Source: a virus (taxonomy: Duplodnaviria; Caudoviricetes). Taken from it: a stretch of DNA of 47,896 nucleotides. The notes under the pieces were generated by a model. The model ran no database searches and was not told the DNA's origin. It saw nothing but the letters and a program-made list of their open reading frames with translations. The stretch is from IMG/VR virus record IMGVR_UViG_3300030332_001503, positions 1 to 47,896 of that record; one strand, 5' to 3'. This document shows positions 7,259 through 17,304 of this stretch, piece after piece. Position 1 is the first letter of the stretch. Each line of letters opens with the position of its first letter. Both the position numbers and the translations under genes were made by a program.

Positions 7259-10200
7259 TTATGCTTTGATCAGGTAGCGGTATTCGCCGATAACGACATA
7301 GGTGTCATAGGTAACCACCCCGCCTCCGCTGTCCGCAGCCAAGCGGCAAATGGGCAGGTATAGGCCGGCCCCGGGCCCGGATGAGGGGAAGAAGTCGCTG
7401 ATCGTTCCCACGTTGGAGCCGTTGATAAAGAAATCGACTTTGGTGGCGTACTCTCGTACCCCGAAAGCAAAGCCATTGATTGAGGGAAAGTCGGGATAGT
7501 CCGCGACCCGCGTTTCTACGCGGCCATCGGAATAGCGCCCAACGTATATGTAGATACCGGTCGACCGAATCACAAACCCGACACCATTCAGGTCGGAGCT
7601 CTGGCGCCATTCACCACGGCCAATGAATAGCGAGGCATTGGCGTCAAATCCAGGATCACCTGAAAGGTTCGGGGAGCCAGGGAGTCCCACTTTCAGGTCC
7701 AGGAAAACCCGGTTGCTCCAGTCGACAGAGCCAATGAAATCTTTTACGCCGGTTACGGGGCGAATCTCTGCGCCACTCGTTGGCGACGATGCCGGGATCT
7801 CCATGCGGATAGACCCGGCGTCCGAACTGCTATCAGCGGCATTGTTATAGAACGTGACGATGGTTCCGCTGTCCGTGTCGACATCCCACTCCTCGCGCCA
7901 ATGGAAGCTCACGCTCTTGTAGCCATCCTGGCCGCCAAAGTTGAAAAAGCCCTCAAGCGATACCGCTGGGCCAACCGACAAAACGCCACCAACTTTGCTG
8001 AAATACTGCTCGTCGCCGTCCCCGAAATAGAAATCGCCGTTATCGTCGATGTAGGCGGTCCAGCTCGCACCGTCGTAATACCCCAGGTGGGTGGCGGTCA
8101 GGTTCAGCCCGGTGGAGGGCGTGTCACCCAGCCGGGACGGGATATTGGACAGGTTGCTGGACCAGTCGGCGCCCAGGCTGCCGGAATCGTCCCAGGTGGT
8201 GCCGTTCCAGCGCTTCAGCAGCTTGGTGCTGTCGTTGTACCAGAGGTCGCCCACCGCCTCGGCGGTCGGGGTGCTGATGGAGAAATACGTGGTGACCTTG
8301 CCGTCGGCGGTGGCTTGGGCGTCGGCAGCCTCGGACAGCGCGGTGCCAATGCCGCTGTCCTGCGCGTCCTGCCATGCCGTGCCGTCGTATCGGTAGGCGC
8401 GGTTACCGTCGTCCGTATCGAACCACAGGTCGCCCTCGCTCATGCCGCTGACCGGCTCCGCGTCTTGATAGAACGACTGAATTTTGCCATCGGCTGCCGT
8501 CTGGGCCGCTGCCGCGTCGGAAAGGGCCTGCTGAGCGTCCGCGTAAGCCTCGCTGAGCGTGTTCGCCTCCCCGCTGTTAATGTCCGCCAGGGAGCCCGGC
8601 TTATCGCTCAGGTTGCTGTACCCGCTGCCCCCGGTGATCACCACGGAGCCGGAGAACGCTGCCGAGCCGTCGCTGTAAACGGCAAACAGGGTGGTCCCGT
8701 CGTACTGGTAGGTGATCATGCCGGTCTTGCCGTCGGCGGACTTCGGCCCCAGGGTGGCAACCGCATCGCCCACGACGCTTTCCACCTGCCCCTCCACGCT
8801 GATTTTCTCTGTGGCGGCCAGGGTGCCGGTGACGATCTTGGAGGCCGTCAGCTTCACGATCTTGGTGCTGTCGATGGCGTCATTGGCCAGATTGGCGTCG
8901 ATGAACGCCCGGTCGGCGTCGGTGACCGTGGCCCAGGGGCTCAGGCCATCCACCTCACCAGCGGCCAGGGAGGGCGTGGTGACCGTGAACTGGCTGCTGA
9001 TCGTGCCCTGGCCGAAGGCGTCATAGGTGGCAAAGCGCAGGTAGTAGGTGCTGTTGTCGGTGAGACCGGACAGCACCACCGGCCCGCCGTACTGCTGGGC
9101 CACCAGATTCTCGGGGCCGGGGGTGAAGCCGGTGCTCTGGCTCATCCATACCCGGGAATCGCGGTAATCCAGATCCTCCGGCGGCTCAAAGTCGATCTGC
9201 GCGCTGCGGAAGCCGGCGGAAATGGTCAGAGCCTCCGGCAGGGGCGGAGCCACGTTCTCCACGCTGAGCCGCGCCGCCTGGGCGCTGATCTGGTTCTGCC
9301 GGCCCCGGCAGTACACCCGGACCTCGAATGCCCGCCATGCGCCCACTGAGAGCGTCTCGCGCTGGTGGTCCTCGGCGTTCTTCTCGTAGGTGTAGACGAA
9401 TTGGGGGTCATTCACCCATTCGGTGCGCACCAAGGACAGGGTGCCGCCCACGTCCGCCCACACCTCGACCTGGTAATCCCGGAAGTACAGATCAAGCCCG
9501 CCGCTACCGGCGCCCTGCTCGCCCTCCTGGCCCATCTCGAACCATTCGGTGACGCTGGTCTTGCGCCAGACGAACTTGGCGTCGCGGCCGCCGAATACGG
9601 TGTCGTTACCCTGCTCGAACAGCTCCAGGCCGGTGACCGGCGGGGCCGGAACCACCTCGTTCGGGTCATCCTCCGGCTCCTCGCTAACGTCGCCAGGGGA
9701 ACGGACATAGGTGGTCGTGATCTCCGCGACGGTGCCGTCCTGATTCACCTTGCCGCGCAGGGAAACGCCTCGAACCTGGACCTCGTAGGTCTTGCCATCG
9801 CTGGGCACGACGAAGGTGGCCTCCGGCGAGGCCGGGCCGACCTCGAACCAGCCTGATTGCCCCTTCTCCCGATACTCCACCAAGCCGTAGGCGTAATTGC
9901 TCACGCTCGGCGGCTGGACGCCCACCTCGATGGTGGACAGGTTCGCGTTGGCGGTGCGCGGGGTGTTGGTAGCCTCGGCCAGGGTCACAACCGGCGGATT
10001 GAGGGTCACCACCGGCTCGTCCTCCACCGGCTCGATGTAGCTGGTGAGGCGCTGCACTGAAAACGCGGACTCCCACACCATCGCGCCAGGGGCCGGCGAC
10101 GTGGTGGCGGTGCCCTGCTGCGGCGCCGGGCCTTTGTCGCTGGAGAAGGTGGCAACGCTGGAGTGATAGACGACGTATGGCTTCAGACGTCGGGCAGCCC

Positions 10201-12721
10201 AAACCAAGTCCCCGCCATTCGCTTTTGCCGTGCGCTCGTTGATGTTCGGCGCGTTGGCGTTGCCGTCGATCAGGATGTAACAGGCTCCGGGGCCGCCAGG
10301 GCCGCCGGACCCTGCCCAGATGCGCAGCTGGGGCGAGGTTGTGGGGCTGTAGTAGGTGCCAGGCGGGATGCTGCCGGCAGCGCCGCTCACGTCGATGTAC
10401 CCATTGGCGCCGATGCTCATGCCGCGAGCGACAATCACCAGCCCCGCACCGCCGGCCCCGCCGTCGCCGCCCGGCTTCTTGTACTCAATGCCACCGCCGT
10501 CCCACTCCGCAAGCGTGGAGCCGCCACCGCTCCCGCTGGAGCCGCGCAGATCCACCGGGTACAGGGTGACGCCGCTTTCGTCCTGCTCATAGATGGGCGG
10601 CGGGGTCTGCCCAGGCTGGACCCGGCCGCCGATGACCGCGCCCATGTTGCGCATGGTCTTAACGCCGTCCACGTCGCGCATGATCGGCTCGTTGGAGCCA
10701 CGATACTGATACCCGCGACCGCCCTGGGGCGTGCTCTGGATGTCGAGGAAGCCCGGCGTGCCCTTGTTGACCGCATCCCACCGGCTGCCGTAGTTGAAGA
10801 AATAGCCGCCGCTGGAGACCATGCTGGTGGTGCCGGCACCGCCTGGGAAGCCGCGCCCCTTGCCGTTGATCTTGGCGTTGTTGAGCGTGAAGAAGCCGCG
10901 CACCAACAGAGCGACGTTGTCGGAAATGAGGATTTCGGCTTCGTCGTCGCAGTTCAGATCACCGGCACACCAGAAATAGGCCGCCTCATCGTCCAGCGAT
11001 TCGCCGCCGGCCAGGTCCAGCACCCCGTCCACGCGGGTTACTCCGCCGATCACGCTCACTACACCCGGAAAGTTCTCGGGACTGATCTCGGTGCCGCGCT
11101 CGTACCAGCTGTTGGGAATCGCGGTGCCCGTTTCCTGCGGCGGCAGTGCCCCGGCCTTCTGGCTGGACCCGAACAGCTTGACCTTCACCTTGCCGGTACG
11201 CCAATCCGTGCTGATCTGCTGGATCTCGAAATTACGGTTCAGGTGGCCATCGTCCGTGGTGCCGGTGTAATCCTGCACCTCGAAGAGGTCCACCCGCACA
11301 ATGTCGCCGACCTCCAGGTCGTTTTGGTCAGGGGTCAGCGTCAGATTCAGCAGCAGCGGCGGCCCCGCATACCGGTCGCGCAGACTCGCAACCAACCGGT
11401 CAATGGTCTGTGTGCTGTGCCACCCGCTGAACAGGCCCCGGAATTCGAGGTCCTTCTGCTCGGCCTTGCCGTGGGTCTGGATCGACTCCAGGTCCGGCAG
11501 GTAGTTCAGGCGGGTGAATTCTTCCTGGAAGATGTCCCAGTTCCAGGACACGAAGATTTCATTGATCACGGCGCCCATGTCGTGGGTCAGGTCGCCGTAA
11601 TCCGCCACGGTGTCGGCGTCCAGGCGACGGACATAGCCACCGGTGGAGTGCACGGCCGTCATGCGCTGCAGGCCCAGCTGCCCGTCCGAGTAGATAGGGG
11701 CATAGCAGCCCATCAGCAGAAGAATCTCCTCCTCGAGAAACTTCTTGCCATCCTCTTCCTCGAGCCCGGCCAGGCGAGTGACAAAGCCCTGGTTCGGATC
11801 ATCCGTAACCCACAGATCCTCCCCGATATTCTCGAAGTCGCTGGTGCGGATGAATTCGGCCGGAACGCCCAGGTGCCAGTGCTCCGGCAGGTATTCACCG
11901 GGGTACCCGTAAATGGCGCCCGTCAGGACGGCATAGGCCAGCATCGGGCCCGGCATTTCCAGGAACACGAACTCGGTGATTTTGGGGCCAGACTCCTGAT
12001 CGCCCTGCCCGCGCTCCAGGGACAGCGCGGTGGTGCCAAGCAACCCGCGCTTCACGCCCGTGAACTTGCCGGGCTCCTTGCTGCTGAATGAGGCGATCTC
12101 GAATTCGTCGTCATCGCCCTCGATGCGGAGAAGGCCGACCTTCTCGCCCGCCACCACCGCGCCTTCGAAGTCCGGGAACTGATAGGGCTCAAAGCCGTTG
12201 GTGCTCAGGACCAGTATTTCGTCATCCTTGGCGCCCAGGTCGCCGTTCAGCCGCGTTTCCTTCGGCTTGAAGATGTCCTCGCGGAGCATCCGCTGAACGT
12301 CGGCGCACTTGAAGCTGTAGGCCATGTCTTTGTAGCTGGCCTCGTCCACGATCTGGGTGGTGGCGAGGATGAAATCGGACCAGTCCAGCTCGGCGTCGCC
12401 AACATAGAACTTGACGGTCTTGCCGCGCAGGCCCTTGCCGTCGCTCAGCCGGTCGGCTTGGAGCGCGGTCAGCCCGTCGTCCAGTGCCTCGAAGTTCAGG
12501 CTGCCGATCTCGGAGTTGGCCTTGTCCGGGTTCAGCTTCTGGGAGGTGCCGGAGATGCTGACCAGCACGCCCTCGATGACGTTCTCGCCGGCCAGGCCGG
12601 TGACAGGGTGGGAGGTCAGGTAGAACAGGTCGCTATCGCCGAAGTCCACGGACACAACGAACTGGGGCGCCTGCCACTGGCTGTCATTGACCTCGGCAAA
12701 GGCGCTGTTATCGATTCTCAT
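7259..12721 (-). CDS. Central tail tip / host-specificity protein (J-like), 1820 aa
   Basis: Size, position after TMP and Dit, FnIII-like segments, Gly-rich region, and two ADGK...GDLW repeats. Confidence 0.8.
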   Translation of the reverse strand: MRIDNSAFAEVNDSQWQAPQFVVSVDFGDSDLFYLTSHPVTGLAGENVIEGVLVSISGTSQKLNPDKANSEIGSLNFEALDDGLTALQADRLSDGKGLRGKTVKFYVGDAELDWSDFILATTQIVDEASYKDMAYSFKCADVQRMLREDIFKPKETRLNGDLGAKDDEILVLSTNGFEPYQFPDFEGAVVAGEKVGLLRIEGDDDEFEIASFSSKEPGKFTGVKRGLLGTTALSLERGQGDQESGPKITEFVFLEMPGPMLAYAVLTGAIYGYPGEYLPEHWHLGVPAEFIRTSDFENIGEDLWVTDDPNQGFVTRLAGLEEEDGKKFLEEEILLLMGCYAPIYSDGQLGLQRMTAVHSTGGYVRRLDADTVADYGDLTHDMGAVINEIFVSWNWDIFQEEFTRLNYLPDLESIQTHGKAEQKDLEFRGLFSGWHSTQTIDRLVASLRDRYAGPPLLLNLTLTPDQNDLEVGDIVRVDLFEVQDYTGTTDDGHLNRNFEIQQISTDWRTGKVKVKLFGSSQKAGALPPQETGTAIPNSWYERGTEISPENFPGVVSVIGGVTRVDGVLDLAGGESLDDEAAYFWCAGDLNCDDEAEILISDNVALLVRGFFTLNNAKINGKGRGFPGGAGTTSMVSSGGYFFNYGSRWDAVNKGTPGFLDIQSTPQGGRGYQYRGSNEPIMRDVDGVKTMRNMGAVIGGRVQPGQTPPPIYEQDESGVTLYPVDLRGSSGSGGGSTLAEWDGGGIEYKKPGGDGGAGGAGLVIVARGMSIGANGYIDVSGAAGSIPPGTYYSPTTSPQLRIWAGSGGPGGPGACYILIDGNANAPNINERTAKANGGDLVWAARRLKPYVVYHSSVATFSSDKGPAPQQGTATTSPAPGAMVWESAFSVQRLTSYIEPVEDEPVVTLNPPVVTLAEATNTPRTANANLSTIEVGVQPPSVSNYAYGLVEYREKGQSGWFEVGPASPEATFVVPSDGKTYEVQVRGVSLRGKVNQDGTVAEITTTYVRSPGDVSEEPEDDPNEVVPAPPVTGLELFEQGNDTVFGGRDAKFVWRKTSVTEWFEMGQEGEQGAGSGGLDLYFRDYQVEVWADVGGTLSLVRTEWVNDPQFVYTYEKNAEDHQRETLSVGAWRAFEVRVYCRGRQNQISAQAARLSVENVAPPLPEALTISAGFRSAQIDFEPPEDLDYRDSRVWMSQSTGFTPGPENLVAQQYGGPVVLSGLTDNSTYYLRFATYDAFGQGTISSQFTVTTPSLAAGEVDGLSPWATVTDADRAFIDANLANDAIDSTKIVKLTASKIVTGTLAATEKISVEGQVESVVGDAVATLGPKSADGKTGMITYQYDGTTLFAVYSDGSAAFSGSVVITGGSGYSNLSDKPGSLADINSGEANTLSEAYADAQQALSDAAAAQTAADGKIQSFYQDAEPVSGMSEGDLWFDTDDGNRAYRYDGTAWQDAQDSGIGTALSEAADAQATADGKVTTYFSISTPTAEAVGDLWYNDSTKLLKRWNGTTWDDSGSLGADWSSNLSNIPSRLGDTPSTGLNLTATHLGYYDGASWTAYIDDNGDFYFGDGDEQYFSKVGGVLSVGPAVSLEGFFNFGGQDGYKSVSFHWREEWDVDTDSGTIVTFYNNAADSSSDAGSIRMEIPASSPTSGAEIRPVTGVKDFIGSVDWSNRVFLDLKVGLPGSPNLSGDPGFDANASLFIGRGEWRQSSDLNGVGFVIRSTGIYIYVGRYSDGRVETRVADYPDFPSINGFAFGVREYATKVDFFINGSNVGTISDFFPSSGPGAGLYLPICRLAADSGGGVVTYDTYVVIGEYRYLIKA

Positions 12722-13101
12722 ACGAACTCGCGTACGTTGAAGTTGACCGAGTAGAAGCCGACGCTATTCACCAGCGACCAACTGGGATCGCCGTCGATCT
12801 GGCAGGTGCGCAGCGTGCCGGAATGGGTGATTTCGAAAGACTCACCACCGGCTACCGAATCCAGGAACTCCTCCAGCTGGGCCAGCTTCGCTTCGTCATC
12901 CTCGGCGACTGTGGAAACGCGCCACTCCCGGTCAATTCGGGTCAGGCGATCAAAGCGCCGGCCGGAAAGCGACGTGGCGCTGGCCGCCTGGCGGCGGGGG
13001 CGCGGGGTCCAGTCGGAAATGGGCACCTCGAAGGTGTATTCCTCGCCCACAGTCCGGCCGCCCGCCACGCTGCGCTTGGCGGTGTAGGTGATCGTTGCCA
13101 T
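12718..13101 (-). CDS. Minor tail protein (distal-tail-like)
   Basis: 127 aa between the TMP morons and the tail tip gene; ATGA overlap. Confidence 0.65.
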   Translation of the reverse strand: MATITYTAKRSVAGGRTVGEEYTFEVPISDWTPRPRRQAASATSLSGRRFDRLTRIDREWRVSTVAEDDEAKLAQLEEFLDSVAGGESFEITHSGTLRTCQIDGDPSWSLVNSVGFYSVNFNVREFV

Positions 13102-13161
13102 TCAGGGCTCCAGAAACGAAGAAACCGCCTCAGGGGCGGTCAATAACAAGGCGGTCGGCTG

Positions 13162-13311
13162 TTACAGGGCGGCGATCAGAGCGGCCACCGAATTGATGAT
13201 CTGAGCTGAGGCCCAAAGGCCGGCCACACCGATGACGGCCCAGGCCAGTCGCCGGGCATGCCGGTTCTCGGCGATCTGCATGCAAACCTCCAGCAATTTG
13301 CTATAATCCAA
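13162..13311 (-). CDS. Small single-TM peptide (49 aa; 39 aa from ATG 13281)
   Basis: Not in the ORF track. MDYSKLLEVCMQIAENRHARRLAWAVIGVAGLWASAQIINSVAALIAAL; AAGGAG before TTG 13311 and GGAGG before ATG 13281; terminator at 13113..13140. Confidence 0.65.
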   Translation of the reverse strand: MDYSKLLEVCMQIAENRHARRLAWAVIGVAGLWASAQIINSVAALIAAL

Positions 13312-13313
13312 AT

Positions 13314-13390
13314 GCGTCGCTCCTTGGTCTGGTCAAGGGGTAGAACGAAGAAACCCCGGAGGGTGGCTGCCCTGCCGGGGTTTCGTTTGT
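13314..13390 (+). ncRNA. Putative sar-like cis-antisense RNA
   Basis: Extended -10 TGcTATAAT (13299..13307), small hairpin 13322..13338, GC-rich hairpin 13350..13384 with a U-rich tail; covers the SD of the peptide gene. Confidence 0.55.
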
Positions 13391-13458
13391 CTGGGCCTCC
13401 GAAAGGCCAATGTAGCGTGTATCAGGGGCAGCAGCCGATGCGGCTGTCAGGCGCCCAT

Positions 13459-13483
13459 AAAAAACCCCGCCGGAGCGGGGTTT
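13459..13483 (-). terminator. Intrinsic terminator after the lipoprotein morons
   Basis: AAACCCCGC-tccg-GCGGGGTTTTTT on the minus strand. Confidence 0.8.
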
Positions 13484-13486
13484 GGG

Positions 13487-13915
13487 TCAGTCGCAAGACA
13501 TTCGTATAACCTTAAGGTTGAACGAATCCCTCGAGTTCGCCACCAGGGCTTTGCCGCTAGGCAAGTATAGAAATCTTCGAAATCCAACATAGCCGCCATA
13601 CGAATTCCGGGCATTTACCTCGCCACAAACAGCGCGACTCCCTGAGTCATCCCTCATGCTTGGAACTTCGTAAAGGCCGCGAAACTGTGCACTATCCGGG
13701 TCTTTTAGGCCATGTCGAACCGCATCTTTGGCCTTTTCTGCCTGGGCCTCTGTCACCGGAAGCTTTTCCCTTGGCTCGCGTGGCTCGGACTGCTTAATCT
13801 CTGGCTTCGCCTCAGTGGTCTTGATGGCTGGCTCGGGCTGTGATGCGCAGCCATATGCGCCCAACAAGGCTATCGCCAGGGCACTCAGGACAAAGCTTAT
13901 TTTTGTTCTCTTCAT
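13487..13915 (-). CDS. Moron lipoprotein
   Basis: Signal peptide with lipobox AYGC; LKDPDSAQFR...VCGEVNARNSYGGYVGFRRF domain; lower GC. Confidence 0.75.
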   Translation of the reverse strand: MKRTKISFVLSALAIALLGAYGCASQPEPAIKTTEAKPEIKQSEPREPREKLPVTEAQAEKAKDAVRHGLKDPDSAQFRGLYEVPSMRDDSGSRAVCGEVNARNSYGGYVGFRRFLYLPSGKALVANSRDSFNLKVIRMSCD

Positions 13916-13983
13916 TGCATTTTCCCCTTTTGTGTCTGAGCCCAAATCCTATTTGAGGCGGCCGGTGTCGTCTACCGGTGACA

Positions 13984-14400
13984 CTAGTCTCTCTTCATCG
14001 CTTCCGCGCAGTAGGGTGACGCCTCCAGCAGGCCGCTATCGCGGCGCAGGATCGCATCCTTTGAGAACGTGTAATCTGAGCGGATCACTATGGCGTCCGG
14101 CCTGACATCACGGACAGAGGCAGTCGTGCTGCTCTGGAATACCAGCCTTTGCCCATCATACTTGAGCCGCCCAAGCGCGTTATTTTCATTCAAGGAATAG
14201 CAGTAAAGGCCTGTGCCATCCCCGTTGACCTTTAATGTGAGCAGGGACGCGGACATGCTGCCGGTCCAGGTGCCGACCAATGCCGGATCAGGAGAAACAA
14301 CCGTCGTTTCTGAGTATTGCCCGCTGAGCATGTCATCGACGGGATTGACGCATCCAACCAGCCCAAAGGCCGCCGCAGTCGCTATTACCAACGATCGCAT
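13984..14400 (-). CDS. Moron lipoprotein
   Basis: Lipobox LVGC; LVGTWTG beta-rich domain. Confidence 0.75.
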   Translation of the reverse strand: MRSLVIATAAAFGLVGCVNPVDDMLSGQYSETTVVSPDPALVGTWTGSMSASLLTLKVNGDGTGLYCYSLNENNALGRLKYDGQRLVFQSSTTASVRDVRPDAIVIRSDYTFSKDAILRRDSGLLEASPYCAEAMKRD

Positions 14401-17304
14401 CTATCTACCCCTTAACAGTCTTCCGTTTCTGGATTTGGGGTCGATCACCACCCTGTCGAGATTGTTGATCTCGTCCCCCATCTTGTTCATGAGGGTATCA
14501 GCAAGTTCGTCTTGGTCGAAGCCCGTGACATCGCCCTGGAATACAATAGTGAGGCTGCCGCCGGAATTTCGATCCTCGGGCGGCAATGGGCTAGGCGGCG
14601 CGGCTTCGGGGCTGCCCCCAAATGAACCGAGAGACCCGCTGCTGCCACCACCACCGCCGCCACCCATAAACCCCTTGGCCGCCCCAGTTGCGATAATCAG
14701 GCCGACCTGCGCTTTCCCCCAAGCCATAATAGCGGCAGCGGCAGCGGGGCCGCCGCCCAGGATGCCGAGCTCTGCCTGTGCCCGCGTTGCGGCAACCACT
14801 GTATTTTGCCATGCCATAGCGGCTGACAGGCCTGTTTGAATGGCCAGCACTATGTTCGCTGCGGCTTGGTTTTCTCCGGCAATCACCTGAAGGAGGGCAA
14901 CCCCCTGCTGGGCAGCCGCCATCTTTGCCGACATAATCATTCTGCTGGCCCGCTGCTCGCGCTCAATGTCCGTATTTCTGAGCGAATCCAGCTCGTCGTA
15001 ATACTCGCGGTTGGACTCCTGGAGCAACGCATTGGCTTCTTGGCGGTCGATCTTGCCGAGCTCGTAGGATTCCAGGATGGTCTCCCGGCGAAGCATCAGG
15101 TCTTCCGCTAACAGTTCCCGCTCAGAGGCATAGCGGTCCTGAATCTCGCCGAGGTCGCGCTCCAGTGCTCGCTCAAACTCCGCCTTCTCCTCCAGCGCCT
15201 TCTGCTCGGCCTCATACGCCTCGATCTGCCGGTATGACCCGTCGATGGCGGCTAGCTGCGCGGCGGTGGCGCCCTCCTTGCGTGCCCGGTACAGCTCCTC
15301 CTGGCGGGCCGTCATGCCCAGGGTTTCGGCTTCGAGCTGGAGTGCTGCGACGCGCTTCTGGATGGAGTCGGTGGCCTTGTCGTTACCGCCCCCACCGCCG
15401 CTACCGGCGCCCTCCAGATCCGCGATGATCTCGTCCGCGATCCGCTTGGAGCGGTCGTAGTTGATGATCTCGCCGCGACCGCTCACCCGGTCCAGAAGCC
15501 GTGCAAACTCCTCGCCGCGCTCGATCGCGGTGTCGGCCTCGATGGCGAATTTCTTGAGGCTGTTAATGGCCTGCTCGGACAGGCCGTTCTTCTCGCCGAA
15601 CTCGTCGATCAGCGGCAGCAGGTTCTCGCCTTCCTCGAAGGCCTCCCGTGCCTGCTCCCGGAACGCCTTGAAACCCTGATAGGTGGCCAAGCCCTCGGCG
15701 TCCTGCCCTCGCCCGCCCAGGCTGCCCAGCGAATTACGGGCCTCAACCGCCAGATCCTCAAAGGCGGCTTTGGCGCTTTCGGCGGCGAGACGCTGCTGCT
15801 CAGCCCACTTGATGCGCAGACCTTCGCGCTGGACCTCGTTCAGCTCCTCGTATTTGGAGATCAGCGTGTCTACGGAGGGTGCGGTATTGTCCATTTCCCG
15901 GCGGAACCGGGCGATTGCCTTGGAGGCGTCGTCAGTATCCCCGCCGAAGGCCGCGATGGCCGCAGAGGCCGCCGCAACGGCGCTCACCACCACCCCAACA
16001 GGATTGGTGCGCGCGGCAGCATTGAACGCCGCCATGGCCACGGTGGCGCCCTTCACGGCGATGGTGTAGGTGGCGTAACCGCCGGCCGCCGCCGCGATGA
16101 TCTGAACAGCCCCGGCCAGATTCTCCAGGTTGGCGGCTTGCTCGGCGCTCAGGTCGTTGGCCTCGGCGAACTGGGGCAGCATGCCGTTGTACACGCTGAT
16201 CACGCCGGTGGCGGTGTCGATCAGACTTTGAAGCTCACCACCGACACCGCCGTCGCCCAGCTGCAGGATGGCCTCAGCGGACGCGCTGGAAAACGCTTTC
16301 ATGGAGCCGGTCAGGCCGGAGCCGAGTATCTCGGCCATGCGAGAAGCGGCACCCTCTGCGTCGCCCAGCGATGTGGTCAGCTCGGAAACGCGCTCACTGG
16401 AACCAAGCAACACTTGGGCGGCGGCACCAGCCTCGGAGCCGAAGATCTTAAAGGCGTCCGCCGTCTGGATGTTGGCTTCGGCCAGCCGGTCAATAACGGA
16501 TTGTAGCCCCCGGGTGGAAATGTCCACCTCCGAAACGGAGACGCCGTAGGATTGGAGTGCGGCCGCAGCCTGGGGGGTGATGTTGGAGAGCTGCCGGATG
16601 AAGCCGACAAAGCCGGTGCCGGCGCGGGACGCTTGGATACCAGCATCGGACAGCGCACCGATGGCGGCGGCTGTCTCCTCCACCGATACGCCGGCAGCGG
16701 TGGCGATGGGGGCCGCAAAGGACAGTGCCTGACCCAGCTGCATCACATCGGTATTGGCGCTCGCCGCCGTCGCCGCCAGAACATCATTGACCCGGCCCAG
16801 CTCCGTGACCTCCAGCCGGAAGCCCGACAGCGCGTTGGACGCCAGGTCAGCAGCGGAACCAAGATCCATGCCGGCGGCGGCCGCCAGCTCCAAGATGCCC
16901 GGCGTTGCGCCAAGCACCTCGTTGACCTCAAAACCAGCTTGCGCCAGGAATCGCTGCGCGTCCGCCGCCTGCTGCGCGGAGAACATGCTGGTGGCGCCCA
17001 GCTCACGGGCCTGATTCTCCAGGACCGCCATCTGCTCGGCGGTAGCCTGAGACACCGCCTGAACGCCCCGCATCGCCTGATCGAACGAGGCCAGATCACC
17101 GACGATCTTGCGCAGGGCCGCCGAACTGGCCACGGCCGCAATGGCCGCCCCCACTGCCTTGAACCCGCCCTCCATCTGGCCGGTTGCGCGGGTAGTGGAT
17201 TTCTCAGCCTCACCAGCATGACGCCCGATCTTGTCGAGGGACGCGGAGCCCTTGTCGACATCGGTGCTGTCAACGCTAAGTACGAGACGCGCGGTTTCGG
17301 TCAT
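14401..17304 (-). CDS. Tail tape measure protein (TP901-type core)
   Basis: 967 aa, Ala-rich; ARELGATSMFSA...LAQAGF...GIQASRAGT motifs. Confidence 0.92.
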   Translation of the reverse strand: MTETARLVLSVDSTDVDKGSASLDKIGRHAGEAEKSTTRATGQMEGGFKAVGAAIAAVASSAALRKIVGDLASFDQAMRGVQAVSQATAEQMAVLENQARELGATSMFSAQQAADAQRFLAQAGFEVNEVLGATPGILELAAAAGMDLGSAADLASNALSGFRLEVTELGRVNDVLAATAASANTDVMQLGQALSFAAPIATAAGVSVEETAAAIGALSDAGIQASRAGTGFVGFIRQLSNITPQAAAALQSYGVSVSEVDISTRGLQSVIDRLAEANIQTADAFKIFGSEAGAAAQVLLGSSERVSELTTSLGDAEGAASRMAEILGSGLTGSMKAFSSASAEAILQLGDGGVGGELQSLIDTATGVISVYNGMLPQFAEANDLSAEQAANLENLAGAVQIIAAAAGGYATYTIAVKGATVAMAAFNAAARTNPVGVVVSAVAAASAAIAAFGGDTDDASKAIARFRREMDNTAPSVDTLISKYEELNEVQREGLRIKWAEQQRLAAESAKAAFEDLAVEARNSLGSLGGRGQDAEGLATYQGFKAFREQAREAFEEGENLLPLIDEFGEKNGLSEQAINSLKKFAIEADTAIERGEEFARLLDRVSGRGEIINYDRSKRIADEIIADLEGAGSGGGGGNDKATDSIQKRVAALQLEAETLGMTARQEELYRARKEGATAAQLAAIDGSYRQIEAYEAEQKALEEKAEFERALERDLGEIQDRYASERELLAEDLMLRRETILESYELGKIDRQEANALLQESNREYYDELDSLRNTDIEREQRASRMIMSAKMAAAQQGVALLQVIAGENQAAANIVLAIQTGLSAAMAWQNTVVAATRAQAELGILGGGPAAAAAIMAWGKAQVGLIIATGAAKGFMGGGGGGGSSGSLGSFGGSPEAAPPSPLPPEDRNSGGSLTIVFQGDVTGFDQDELADTLMNKMGDEINNLDRVVIDPKSRNGRLLRGR

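Noticed and set aside
7901-12091. Long plus-strand ORFs (482 and 642 aa) opposite the tail tip gene, and similar ones opposite portal, capsid and TMP
   Set aside because: These are antisense shadows expected from GC-rich codon bias. They have no motifs or SD, unlike the two same-strand nested ORFs reported.
5168-12721. Diversity-generating retroelement or invertible tail-fibre cassette
   Set aside because: No reverse transcriptase, invertase, TR/VR pair or inverted crossover sites were seen.
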